From Candidatus Woesearchaeota archaeon (GTDB taxonomy: Archaea; Nanobdellota; Nanobdellia; SCGC-AAA011-G17; GW2011-AR18), in the NCBI GenBank assembly GCA_018302765.1, contig JAGVZG010000002.1:47819-111818 (forward strand): a DNA stretch of 64,000 bases. Direction: 5' to 3'. The position numbers and the translations under genes were made by a program. The notes below the pieces were generated by a model. The model searched no databases. It saw nothing but the letters and a program-made list of their open reading frames with translations, and was not told where the DNA came from. Below, piece after piece: positions 1-9,258 of the stretch; within the stretch, counting starts at the first letter, position 1, and every line of letters starts with the position of its first letter.

Positions 1-2
1 GC

Positions 3-371
3 ATTGAATATGAAGGAACACCTTATGAAGCAATAACTCAGAGATGGACAAGTGAAGATAAAAAAGAAGGAATATCTTTAGTTTATACAGAAAGTCTACC
101 TCTGCACTATGTACGCAGAAGATTTATAGACGGAGAAACAGACAACTATGGAGATGCAAAATTTAGATTAACAAGTGAAAAAAAAGAGCTGCTTTCTTCA
201 CATCCATACTCCAGAATTGGTAAAGAATATGAAGACATAGATGACATGACTAGAAGAAGATCTAGAACTAAAGTTATATTGCCAGGAAATCCAAAAGCCA
301 GGAACAGTATTGCTGTACCTACATCAGTTACAAAAAGACAAAGAGAAGTTTTTGATTCACTAGTTAAATAA
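3..371 (+). CDS. hypothetical protein, 5'-truncated by window edge
   Basis: Manually translated open frame from position 3 (IEYEGTPYEAITQRW...EVFDSLVK) to TAA at 369-371; no motif recognised. Confidence 0.5.
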   Translation: MEYEGTPYEAITQRWTSEDKKEGISLVYTESLPLHYVRRRFIDGETDNYGDAKFRLTSEKKELLSSHPYSRIGKEYEDIDDMTRRRSRTKVILPGNPKARNSIAVPTSVTKRQREVFDSLVK

Positions 372-954
372 TTCTTAATAAATAAATAGCTAGGCCTGAA
401 AACAAAGGTATTGTAAGATTATCATTTACTACAAAGTTCTTATACCTTAATTCAATAGATTCTACTATCATACCTATTACTGCTCCAAAAAATGCTTCTT
501 TATAGTTTACAAAAATAACAGCACCGACAAAAGACAAAATAATTCCTGCTATGGTTCCTTCAATTAATTTCTTTTTGTTCAATGGGTGCTTAATTCTCCC
601 AAAATGTATTCCTATTAATGAACCAACAGCATCTCCTATTGATAAAATCATAATTGATGCGAGAGCTGTATTTTTTTCAAATAAAATTAAAGATAATAAA
701 CAACCAGCTATAAAATATATTGCACCATTGCCTGGCTTATTTTTCAAATCATCCTTTCTATCCATTTGTTTTAATAACCAGTAGAAAACAGGAATTTCAA
801 TTTTTTTATTTAGAAGTGAAGTTATTATTCCTAATATTAGAATTATTCCAAGAATTAATGAATTAAATATTCCTAAATCAACCAGTATTACTATAATCAA
901 GCCACATATTAAATGAAAAAGTTTTCTTTTAACTTCTAGTTCGTTAAACTGCAT
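364..954 (-). CDS. CTP-dependent polyprenol/dolichol kinase family membrane protein
   Basis: Multi-TM protein with RKLFH, SIGDAVGSLIG, KKLIEG and NDNLTIP motifs typical of dolichol/phytol kinases. Confidence 0.8.
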   Translation of the reverse strand: MQFNELEVKRKLFHLICGLIIVILVDLGIFNSLILGIILILGIITSLLNKKIEIPVFYWLLKQMDRKDDLKNKPGNGAIYFIAGCLLSLILFEKNTALASIMILSIGDAVGSLIGIHFGRIKHPLNKKKLIEGTIAGIILSFVGAVIFVNYKEAFFGAVIGMIVESIELRYKNFVVNDNLTIPLFSGLAIYLLRII

Positions 955-1003
955 GATTATATATTGATAAAAAATTATTTAAAAGTAACTTGTTTGTTTA
1001 CTA

Positions 1004-1453
1004 TTAATCTTTATTACGTTTTAATATACTCTCAAGACCGCTTCTTGCATTTCTTACATCGTTTCCTATAGAACTGCCACTTCTATAACCTTTTGCAGCT
1101 TCTATTCCAAGTTCAGCAGTCATTGCACCATCTAATAAAACACTGCCGAAATTTCCACTAGCAAAATTAGACAATGCAAAGTATCCATATAAAACTGCAC
1201 CAGTTACTTTGGCTAATCTTATGTATGGATTATGAGCTAAATCTGGATAAAAAAATATCTCAGTAAGCCTTTCACTACCACAAATAACAGCACCCCAAAA
1301 ATTAGCAACACTTGTTAACGGCCTTAATAATATATTTGCTCCATATAAAATACTTGGTCTAATAGTGTCGTCTTTAGTTGCTTTAACTAAATAGCCTCCT
1401 GTATTTTTAACATAATGACCTAAGTTTGTTCGTCTTTTTACAATTCTTGTCAT
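1004..1453 (-). CDS. hypothetical protein
   Basis: ORF track 1004..1513; start moved to ATG of MTRIVKRR; no motif. Confidence 0.5.
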   Translation of the reverse strand: MTRIVKRRTNLGHYVKNTGGYLVKATKDDTIRPSILYGANILLRPLTSVANFWGAVICGSERLTEIFFYPDLAHNPYIRLAKVTGAVLYGYFALSNFASGNFGSVLLDGAMTAELGIEAAKGYRSGSSIGNDVRNARSGLESILKRNKD

Positions 1454-1580
1454 AAAAAATATAATTATAGGACATTTATAAATGTTTTTATTATTACTAC
1501 TAAAAAGATACAATAATATTATTAATTTGTAACTCTTATGAAATAGTAACTTTTATATATAACTATGTTTTACAAAAAAG

Positions 1581-3257
1581 ATGGGGAAAAAATTTTATCT
1601 TTCATTATTTATAGTTTTCTTAATGGCATTAATGCTAAATTCTTTAATAGTTTCAGCAGCTCCTACAATAATAGATACTTGCACAATTATAGATAAACCT
1701 GGAGACTATGAACTTACAGCTGATATTATAGGTAATACTCTTATAAATCCTCTTATATTAAATCCATTTGGTGCAGGTTGGTTTTGCATTGGGATAGCTT
1801 CTTCAGACGTTAATTTGAATTGTAATGGGTATTCTATAGACAGATCAGGACCGGGTCTAACAGGTCTTCGGGGTCTAATGGGTATTTACTTAGCCCGCGA
1901 AAATGCCTTACCAAATGGAGGAATAAGTAATGTTTCAATTTCTAACTGCAAAGTGATAAATTATGAGGATGGTATTTATTTTGATGATGGTGTAAATCAT
2001 ACTCAAATTATAGGGAACACTGTTAAAAGTAATTATCGCGGTATTCTGGTTCAGGGTTCTCATAATACAATAAGTTATAATACTGTTAAAGGTAACTATG
2101 AGGTTGGCATTAGAATTTATGGCGGCACATATTCTCATAGTGTATTTAATACAGTAAGTCTTAATTCTATTTCTTGGACAGGGAGAAATAAACATGAACG
2201 TGGAAAGGGTATTTCCCTAGGGGGCGTTGGTGTAAATAAAACAAGCATTTATCTCAACAAAATTTATGATAATGTGTGGGGAATTTATGTAGCTGATGGG
2301 TCTTCTCATAACGATATTGGACTTAATGAAATTTATAAAAATGAAAGAGGGGTTTTTCTTAGAAGCATTTCACCATATTATTACAATACCGGCAATAATT
2401 TTCTTGAGAATTCAATAAGGGACAATGTGGAAGGTGTTTTTGTTCAAGATGGATTGAATGCCTTATTTCATAAAAATAAAGTTTATGGAAATGATTTTGG
2501 TTTTGCAATTGTTAAAGACATAACTAATAGTCATGGCGATGGGTGGTCTAGAGTAGGCCCTATTAGTGTTTCTCTAAAAGAAAATGAAATTTATAACAAC
2601 AAACAAGGTTTCAATGTTACAAGGGTTGCTCCTAGCGGTACAAATTCTTTATTTACTATGAGTGAGGATCATTTTTATAACAATGATAAAGATTTGGTTG
2701 TTGATAGTGGCAACTACGGTACTATAATTAATGACACTGCAACTGACATGACTAATAATTATAAAACTTATTTACTTTTAAATAAAGTTGTATTTGACAG
2801 CCCTCCTGGAAAAAGACATAAGTTTACTACACTTTCTATGTTAGAGGATTTAGATGAAATTATTTCAAGCCGTAAGAATGATTTTACTTATTCAATATCC
2901 TGGTCTAATCAACCAGCACCTACACCTATTGATTTTAAATCTTTTGCTGATAAATTTATTTCAGTTGAGACTACTAAAGGCAGTCCACAAATAGATAAAA
3001 TGGTATGGCATTGGAAAGACAGTGAAGTAGGCAATATTTACAAAGAAAATAGTTTTGATATTTATAACTATTTTTCCAGCTGGAATAAAATGCCAGCTAC
3101 CTTAGATATAACTACAAATACTTTAACTTTAAATAACTTAATTGAACCTCATGGTGTTTATGGTATTTTAGAATTCAGGTTGCCAAGAAGACCAGGTCCT
3201 TGTACGTTATCAAAACTATCTTCATCTGAGTGTATAAAAATTGAAGAAACTGTTTAA
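1581..3257 (+). CDS. secreted right-handed beta-helix (NosD/CASH-type) protein
   Basis: N-terminal signal/TM segment; CTIIDKPGDYELTADI start and repeated GI-x-(I/V)...N-x-I-x-x-N PbH1-like repeats. Confidence 0.75.
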   Translation: MGKKFYLSLFIVFLMALMLNSLIVSAAPTIIDTCTIIDKPGDYELTADIIGNTLINPLILNPFGAGWFCIGIASSDVNLNCNGYSIDRSGPGLTGLRGLMGIYLARENALPNGGISNVSISNCKVINYEDGIYFDDGVNHTQIIGNTVKSNYRGILVQGSHNTISYNTVKGNYEVGIRIYGGTYSHSVFNTVSLNSISWTGRNKHERGKGISLGGVGVNKTSIYLNKIYDNVWGIYVADGSSHNDIGLNEIYKNERGVFLRSISPYYYNTGNNFLENSIRDNVEGVFVQDGLNALFHKNKVYGNDFGFAIVKDITNSHGDGWSRVGPISVSLKENEIYNNKQGFNVTRVAPSGTNSLFTMSEDHFYNNDKDLVVDSGNYGTIINDTATDMTNNYKTYLLLNKVVFDSPPGKRHKFTTLSMLEDLDEIISSRKNDFTYSISWSNQPAPTPIDFKSFADKFISVETTKGSPQIDKMVWHWKDSEVGNIYKENSFDIYNYFSSWNKMPATLDITTNTLTLNNLIEPHGVYGILEFRLPRRPGPCTLSKLSSSECIKIEETV

Positions 3258-3307
3258 AGAATTCTGCATTAAAAATGTTTATATAATAATATTTCAATAT
3301 ATTTCTT

Positions 3308-5026
3308 ATGAAAAACCAAGAGGTGGCTGAAATACTTTTCAAAGTAGCTGATTTGCTAGAGTTGCAAGATGAGATAAGATTCAAATACTTGGCTTATAGA
3401 AAAGCAGCCCAAACAATAGAAAGATTATCCCAAGACATACTAGAGATTTATAAAAAAGGAGGAATAAAAGCATTAGAAGAAATACCTTCTATTGGCTCAG
3501 GAATAGCTGAAAAAATAGAAGAGATATTAAAAACTGGAAAATTAAATTATCTAGAAGAATTAAAAAGTAAAATTCCTATTGATGTTGATTCTTTAATGGG
3601 TGTAGAAGGTCTTGGATCAAAAAGAATAGGAACACTATATAAAAAACTAAAAATAAAAAACATTAAAGATTTAGAAGGAGCAGCAAAACAAGGAAAAATA
3701 AAAAACATTCCAGGATTTGGAACTAAAGTAGAAGAAAACATTCTAAAAGCAATTGAATTTTCTAGAACAGCTAAACAGAGGTTTGTATTAGGTTTTGTCT
3801 GGCCTACAATTCTAGAATTAGAAAAGAAAATTAAGTCTATTAAATATGTTCATAGAATTGAGATATGCGGCAGTGTTAGAAGAAGAAAGGAAACTATTGC
3901 AGACCTAGATATTTTAACAATAAGCAATAATCCTGTAAAAGTAATTGATACTTTTACTAAACTAGAGGAGGTAAAAAGAATATTAGCAAAAGGCGGTACA
4001 AAAAGCACAGTTATTTTAAGAAACAATATGCAGGTTGATCTAAGAGTTCTCCCAAAAGAAAGCTTTGGCGCTGCAATGCAATATTTTATAGGAGATAAAA
4101 ATCATAATGTAAAATTAAGAAGAATAGCAATTTCCAAAGGCTATAAACTCAGCGAATATGGCTTGTTCAAAGAAAAAAAAGCAATAGCTGCAGAAGATGA
4201 AGAAGAGATTTATAAATCTTTAGGATTAGATTATATTGAACCAGAAATGAGAGAGGATTCTGGAGAAATAGAATTGGCAATGAAGCATAAAATTCCAAAA
4301 TTAATTCAATTAAGTGATATAAAAGGAGATCTTCATATGCATACAAACCAAAGTGATGGCTTAAATACTATGGAAGAAATGATAGAAAAAGCAATTTCTT
4401 TAGGCAGAAAATATATTGCAATAAGCGATCATACTGGATTTTTACAAGTTGCTCATGGCTTAAATGAAAGGCAGTTATTAAAACAAAAAGAGAACACAGA
4501 AAAAATGAAGAAAAAATATGGCAATAAAATTACAGTTTTAAGCGGGTGCGAAGTAAACATTAAGGACAATGGAAAACCAGATATTAGAGACTCTATTTTA
4601 AAGCAGCTTGATGTTGTAACTGCAAGCATCCATACAGGATTTAAAGGCTCTGAAGAAAAAACCACTAAAAGGACAATTGCAGCAATGGAAAATCCAAATG
4701 TTGACATTATAGGACATCCAACAGGGAGAGTACTGCAAAAAAGAAACCCTTTTGCTATTAACTTAAATAATGTCTTTGAAAAGGCAAGAGAAACAGGAAC
4801 TTGTCTAGAGATAAATTCATTTCCTACTAGGCTAGATCTAAAAGACATTCATATTAAAGAAGCTATTAAAAATAAAATCAAATTAGTTATATCAACAGAC
4901 TCCCATGAAGTCTTGCATCAAGAATTTATGCAGTTTGGAGTTTGGCAGGCAAGAAGAGGCTGGGCAGAAGCTAAGAATATTCTAAATACTTTGCATCTAG
5001 ATAAATTTTTAAAAAATCTAAAATGA
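3308..5026 (+). CDS. polX: DNA polymerase X with C-terminal PHP domain
   Basis: HhH motifs (IPSIGSG, IPGFGTK), GSVRRRKETIADLD and QVDLR catalytic motifs, PHP motifs HMHT, SDH, GHPTGR, STDSH. Confidence 0.92.
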   Translation: MKNQEVAEILFKVADLLELQDEIRFKYLAYRKAAQTIERLSQDILEIYKKGGIKALEEIPSIGSGIAEKIEEILKTGKLNYLEELKSKIPIDVDSLMGVEGLGSKRIGTLYKKLKIKNIKDLEGAAKQGKIKNIPGFGTKVEENILKAIEFSRTAKQRFVLGFVWPTILELEKKIKSIKYVHRIEICGSVRRRKETIADLDILTISNNPVKVIDTFTKLEEVKRILAKGGTKSTVILRNNMQVDLRVLPKESFGAAMQYFIGDKNHNVKLRRIAISKGYKLSEYGLFKEKKAIAAEDEEEIYKSLGLDYIEPEMREDSGEIELAMKHKIPKLIQLSDIKGDLHMHTNQSDGLNTMEEMIEKAISLGRKYIAISDHTGFLQVAHGLNERQLLKQKENTEKMKKKYGNKITVLSGCEVNIKDNGKPDIRDSILKQLDVVTASIHTGFKGSEEKTTKRTIAAMENPNVDIIGHPTGRVLQKRNPFAINLNNVFEKARETGTCLEINSFPTRLDLKDIHIKEAIKNKIKLVISTDSHEVLHQEFMQFGVWQARRGWAEAKNILNTLHLDKFLKNLK

Positions 5027-5617
5027 CTAAGGTTTATGTCTACTTCTAAGTTTAGCAAACCATTTCTTAACGTCTCTTTGAATCTGGTCTTTATGGTCTG
5101 GATTTCTTATTTTTAATTCAACACCTTGGATTCTATGCTTAGACAAAGTAACTTCTACATTATTATAAGTGTATTTTCCATCTGCGCTTGAATATTTAGA
5201 CAAAACAATATTTGCCCTGTCTAATTCATAACCGGCTTGCTGCAATAGTGCTGTATGTATTCCTTTAAAATAATCAAAGCCATTGCTTAAATCTATATAA
5301 ACTTCAGCATCTCTTCCTCCAATAACCATAAGCTCTAATACTTTCTGTTCGTCTTTTCTGAAAGCCACTCTTCTATTAGCAGTAATTAGTCCACTTTTAT
5401 CATATTGAACTCTTTGTATAGCAAAAGGAATAATTCCCTGACTACAACATTCTTCTATGTATTGATCTACATAGTGTTTAGAAGCCCCAAGCAGAGGCAT
5501 TTCTATACCTTCAGCTACAAAAATGGCTTCTCCAGACAAAGGAGTTAGCCTTAAAGTTTTTAAAGTATCATAAAATAAGTCCTGCGAAACAATAGGTATT
5601 TTGTCTGAGTAAATCAT
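5027..5617 (-). CDS. hypothetical protein (weak resemblance to CYTH fold)
   Basis: 196-aa ORF; LLQQAGY and VEVTL...GVELKI segments loosely recall CYTH, but the ExExK motif is absent. Confidence 0.45.
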   Translation of the reverse strand: MIYSDKIPIVSQDLFYDTLKTLRLTPLSGEAIFVAEGIEMPLLGASKHYVDQYIEECCSQGIIPFAIQRVQYDKSGLITANRRVAFRKDEQKVLELMVIGGRDAEVYIDLSNGFDYFKGIHTALLQQAGYELDRANIVLSKYSSADGKYTYNNVEVTLSKHRIQGVELKIRNPDHKDQIQRDVKKWFAKLRSRHKP

Positions 5618-5785
5618 TTTTATTTATCCAAGGAAAAACTGGAAAATTAAATCACCCCTTATATATTATAATTAATGATAAAATTTTATAAATGTTTTTG
5701 TTTCTCTAGAATATTAAGTAAAATACTAAAATATCTATTATAAAATCATAATAAATTATATAAACCTAGTAAAAATTAAAATTGT

Positions 5786-6433
5786 ATGTATTATAAAGAT
5801 TTAGATTATTTAAAACAAGCTTATTCTCAGAGAAAAGAAATAATACAAAATAGATTAAAATATTTCAAAAGTGTCTGGAATGAAGACGAAAAAAGAATAT
5901 TTGCTGAATTATGCTTTTGCTTGTTGACACCGCAAAGCAAAGCAAAACTATGTGATGCTGCAATACAAAATCTAGTAAAAACAAACCTATTATTTACTGG
6001 AAAGGAACAGGACATTAAAGATTATCTAATAGGTGTAAGGTTTAATAATAATAAATCTAGGTATATTACTGAAGCGAGAAATATGTTTACTAAAGACGGT
6101 AAAATTTTTATAAAAGACAAGATTAAACAATTTGACAATGAGTTAGAACTTAGGAATTGGCTAGTGGAAAATGTTAATGGTATTGGATTGAAAGAGGCTG
6201 GGCATTTTATGCGCAATATAGGAATGTATGAAAATGTATCAATTTTAGACAGGCATATTTTAAAAAATTTACATAAACATGGTGTAATAGATGAAATTCC
6301 AAACCCTTTAACAAAAAAACAATACTTGGAAATAGAAGAAAAAATGAAATTATTTTGCAAAGAGGTTGGAATTGGTATTGAAGAAATAGACTTATTGTTC
6401 TGGTCAGAAGAGACAGGAGAAGTATTTAAGTAA
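5786..6433 (+). CDS. ogg: 8-oxoguanine DNA glycosylase/AP lyase (archaeal/Thermotoga Ogg type)
   Basis: ELCFCLLTPQS, RFNNNKSRYI, HhH GIGLKEAGHFMRNIG (catalytic Lys) and ILDRH (catalytic Asp). Confidence 0.9.
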   Translation: MYYKDLDYLKQAYSQRKEIIQNRLKYFKSVWNEDEKRIFAELCFCLLTPQSKAKLCDAAIQNLVKTNLLFTGKEQDIKDYLIGVRFNNNKSRYITEARNMFTKDGKIFIKDKIKQFDNELELRNWLVENVNGIGLKEAGHFMRNIGMYENVSILDRHILKNLHKHGVIDEIPNPLTKKQYLEIEEKMKLFCKEVGIGIEEIDLLFWSEETGEVFK

Positions 6434-7556
6434 AACTATTTATTGTTTTTATTAATTCATTTTCAAACCATTCTTCTTTATCAAATGGAACAAAACAACC
6501 AGCAGCAGTTTCGTGCCCACCACCTACACCAAGTTTAATTAAAATATTTCCAAGATTATAATCAGCTTTTTTTGTTCTTAATGAATATTTTATAACATTT
6601 TTATTAATATCTTTTCCTCTCATAGCAATAACAATACCATATTCAGATTCATCTAGCATAATACTAGAGAACTTGCTCATAAATCCACTTTTATGCATTC
6701 TTACATTATAAAATACCACATTACCTACTACTTTTTTATACTTGTCAAAATTTTTTCTTTCTTCATCAATTAAATTAGATAATGTTAGATAATTTTTATT
6801 TAAATATTTAACACTTGGGTTTTCTGAACCATTGATAAGTTCTTCAAATCTAAATTCCTTATTTTCTAAAATTAGTTTTATTAAACTCTCATTTCCTGTT
6901 TCTTCTTCAATAATAAAAGGAGCCCAAAACATCAAGCTTAAATCAAAAAATTTGGTTTTTTTATTTCCAGCATAATAAATATTATACCTGTCTAATTTAT
7001 TTTCCTTTACTAAATTAATAAGCTCTGGAAATAAATTTCTGTAATCTAAAACTACAGAATTAATTTTATTCCTGCAATTATCAACCAGGTAATCGCAAAC
7101 AGTACCTATAGCACTTATGTCTCTCCCAAATTTTACAGTTTCAGGCAATGCCATATAAACAATATCTGAAGTATTTACATTTGTTAAATTAGAACTTCTT
7201 GGGCTAAGATAAATAATTTCATCAAATTGTGTTAAATCTGTATATTGGATTGCATACCAATCAAAGGCAAGAATTTTTTGTATATTGTTTTTTCTTAATT
7301 CATCTATTTGTTCTTTTTTAAGCCCATTTCTATTACCTTTAAAATTTGGAATTTTCTTGTGATATAATCCGTAAATAATAACAGAAGTTATTCCATCTGG
7401 ATCTTCATCACTAATTATTAGATCATAGTCCTCAACCAAATATATCCTAACTATTTTATAAAATTCCTCTAAATTATGAGCAGTAATAACCCTAACATTA
7501 TTAAATTTATCAAATTCTACACTTAATTGATGGTGATCTACTATAACTAACTTCAT
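6426..7556 (-). CDS. DHH/DHHA1 family phosphoesterase (atypical motif order)
   Basis: DEDPDGITS (motif I), AFD (II), IGTVCD (IV), C-terminal SLR...GGGHETAAG; the only DHH tripeptide is at residues 7-9. Confidence 0.7.
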   Translation of the reverse strand: MKLVIVDHHQLSVEFDKFNNVRVITAHNLEEFYKIVRIYLVEDYDLIISDEDPDGITSVIIYGLYHKKIPNFKGNRNGLKKEQIDELRKNNIQKILAFDWYAIQYTDLTQFDEIIYLSPRSSNLTNVNTSDIVYMALPETVKFGRDISAIGTVCDYLVDNCRNKINSVVLDYRNLFPELINLVKENKLDRYNIYYAGNKKTKFFDLSLMFWAPFIIEEETGNESLIKLILENKEFRFEELINGSENPSVKYLNKNYLTLSNLIDEERKNFDKYKKVVGNVVFYNVRMHKSGFMSKFSSIMLDESEYGIVIAMRGKDINKNVIKYSLRTKKADYNLGNILIKLGVGGGHETAAGCFVPFDKEEWFENELIKTINSFT

Positions 7557-7693
7557 AAAATTTTAATTGAGTTTTAATATAAAAAACCTACTAAAATCAG
7601 AACAGTTTTAAATTTTGATAGAACATTATACTCATTTTTAAAATATATTTTAATCAATCTAAAAATTTAAAAGGATATATAGAAACCAAATTT

Positions 7694-8323
7694 ATGGGTT
7701 GGAATGAAGATTATAGTGTATATAAACATACTTATCTAGACGGCTTGTTATTGCTTGATGGTAACGTTTGTTTTAGTGATAGAGATTTGAGAAATGTCTA
7801 CATTCCAACTTTACAATTAATGAAAGTTCATGAAGATCATCCTATAAAACTTACTTACGGAGGAAGAATATCTCTAAAACCAGAAGGAGATGAAAGATTA
7901 ATAATGCAAATATGTAAAGATCCTGACCAAAATCTTTATGATGGTATTTCTATTTTATTTTGTCCTCCAAGTTATGATTTCCCAGAAGGTAAACAAAAAT
8001 TAGTTGCTAAACAGGGATTTGAATTTTCTGATAATACAAAAGGAGACTTAACAGTAGGTTATGCAGAAGGAAGGGAACTTCCACTTGGATGCGAAGGAAT
8101 AAATACTGTTGTTCAGATACTGCCACCAATTGTATATTCTTATATTGTAAATTTCCTGGGAAGCAAACCCACAATATTTTATTCAGAAAGATATTCTGAA
8201 AGTGGCTTCAAACCTTTAGGCAGAATAAATTTAGAAAAAGATCTTCTTGGTGTTTCAGACGTAACAACAGAGATGATTAAAAAATTAGAAGATAGATTCA
8301 AAATGCCTCTTTTAAAAAAATAA
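7694..8323 (+). CDS. hypothetical protein
   Basis: 209-aa ORF with plausible composition; no motif. Confidence 0.55.
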   Translation: MGWNEDYSVYKHTYLDGLLLLDGNVCFSDRDLRNVYIPTLQLMKVHEDHPIKLTYGGRISLKPEGDERLIMQICKDPDQNLYDGISILFCPPSYDFPEGKQKLVAKQGFEFSDNTKGDLTVGYAEGRELPLGCEGINTVVQILPPIVYSYIVNFLGSKPTIFYSERYSESGFKPLGRINLEKDLLGVSDVTTEMIKKLEDRFKMPLLKK

Positions 8324-8326
8324 ATC

Positions 8327-9181
8327 TTAAATTTTATTTCCTATCAACAGGTCTTCAATTTTTTCCAGGTCATTAATTCTATTTTCTATTGGCAGAGCAT
8401 TGCTGTGCAAATTCCAGAAAACTTTCTCTAGCCATTCCACCCATTCTTTGTCATAAATATTGTATATGAGGTAAACATCCTTATTAATTTCATTATCTTT
8501 ATAGTCACTTTTTTTCTTTTCATCCCTTAATCTAATAATTTTATCATCTATTACAAATCCCCTTAATGGCTGCTCAATATGCCTTACTTCTACAGCATCG
8601 TAGCCAATTAGATTATTAAGCTCCAAAATTTTTTTTATGTTTGCTATAGAAGCTATATCTACCCTACACAGGATTTTTATGTTAATTCTTTTTCTTGCTA
8701 GTTCTACAATAATATCAATCAATCTTTTTCCATTCTCTGTATTATTAATAAATGATATATTACCTGAGAAAATAAACAACTGTCTTGATGTATTTTTTAT
8801 AAGATCTATTAATTTTTGTTCATCTGCTTTGTCATTAGGCATAACAAAAGCGTCCTTTTTATTGTGGTCAACTAAACTATATATATCAAAAGGGTTGAAA
8901 TCCTGCTTTTTCTTCCCAGTTTTTATTTTATCTAGTAATATTTGCTGAGCTGTACTAGCTCTCATGCCTTCCAAATTAGCCCAATAAACAATCTTTAAAG
9001 CTCCTCTGGTACCACCTCTAAATGTTTTTATCTTAATTGTTCCATATTTTTCTATCATATAATTTAGATACTTGTCAGCTGTTACCCAGCTTACTTTTAG
9101 CAGTTCAGAAATTTCTTTAACAGCTCTGGGCTGTTTATAAACAAATTCATTGACTGCTTTTATAGCGTCAGGAGTAAGCAT
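8327..9181 (-). CDS. putative transcriptional regulator: N-terminal HTH plus TrmB/PLD-like C-terminal domain
   Basis: VKEISELLKVSWVTADKYL helix-turn-helix; IKILCR...PLRGFVIDDK resembles the TrmB effector/PLD-like fold. Confidence 0.6.
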   Translation of the reverse strand: MLTPDAIKAVNEFVYKQPRAVKEISELLKVSWVTADKYLNYMIEKYGTIKIKTFRGGTRGALKIVYWANLEGMRASTAQQILLDKIKTGKKKQDFNPFDIYSLVDHNKKDAFVMPNDKADEQKLIDLIKNTSRQLFIFSGNISFINNTENGKRLIDIIVELARKRINIKILCRVDIASIANIKKILELNNLIGYDAVEVRHIEQPLRGFVIDDKIIRLRDEKKKSDYKDNEINKDVYLIYNIYDKEWVEWLEKVFWNLHSNALPIENRINDLEKIEDLLIGNKI

Positions 9182-9258
9182 ATTATTCTAAAACTTAAAC
9201 ACTATATAAGTTTTTTGATGGTTAATTACTATATTTACTAAAACACTTACATACTTAT

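Noticed and set aside
9182-9258. Retron msr-msd RNA upstream of the RT
   Set aside because: Only 77 nt, very AT-rich, no a1/a2 inverted repeats visible, and it must hold divergent promoters
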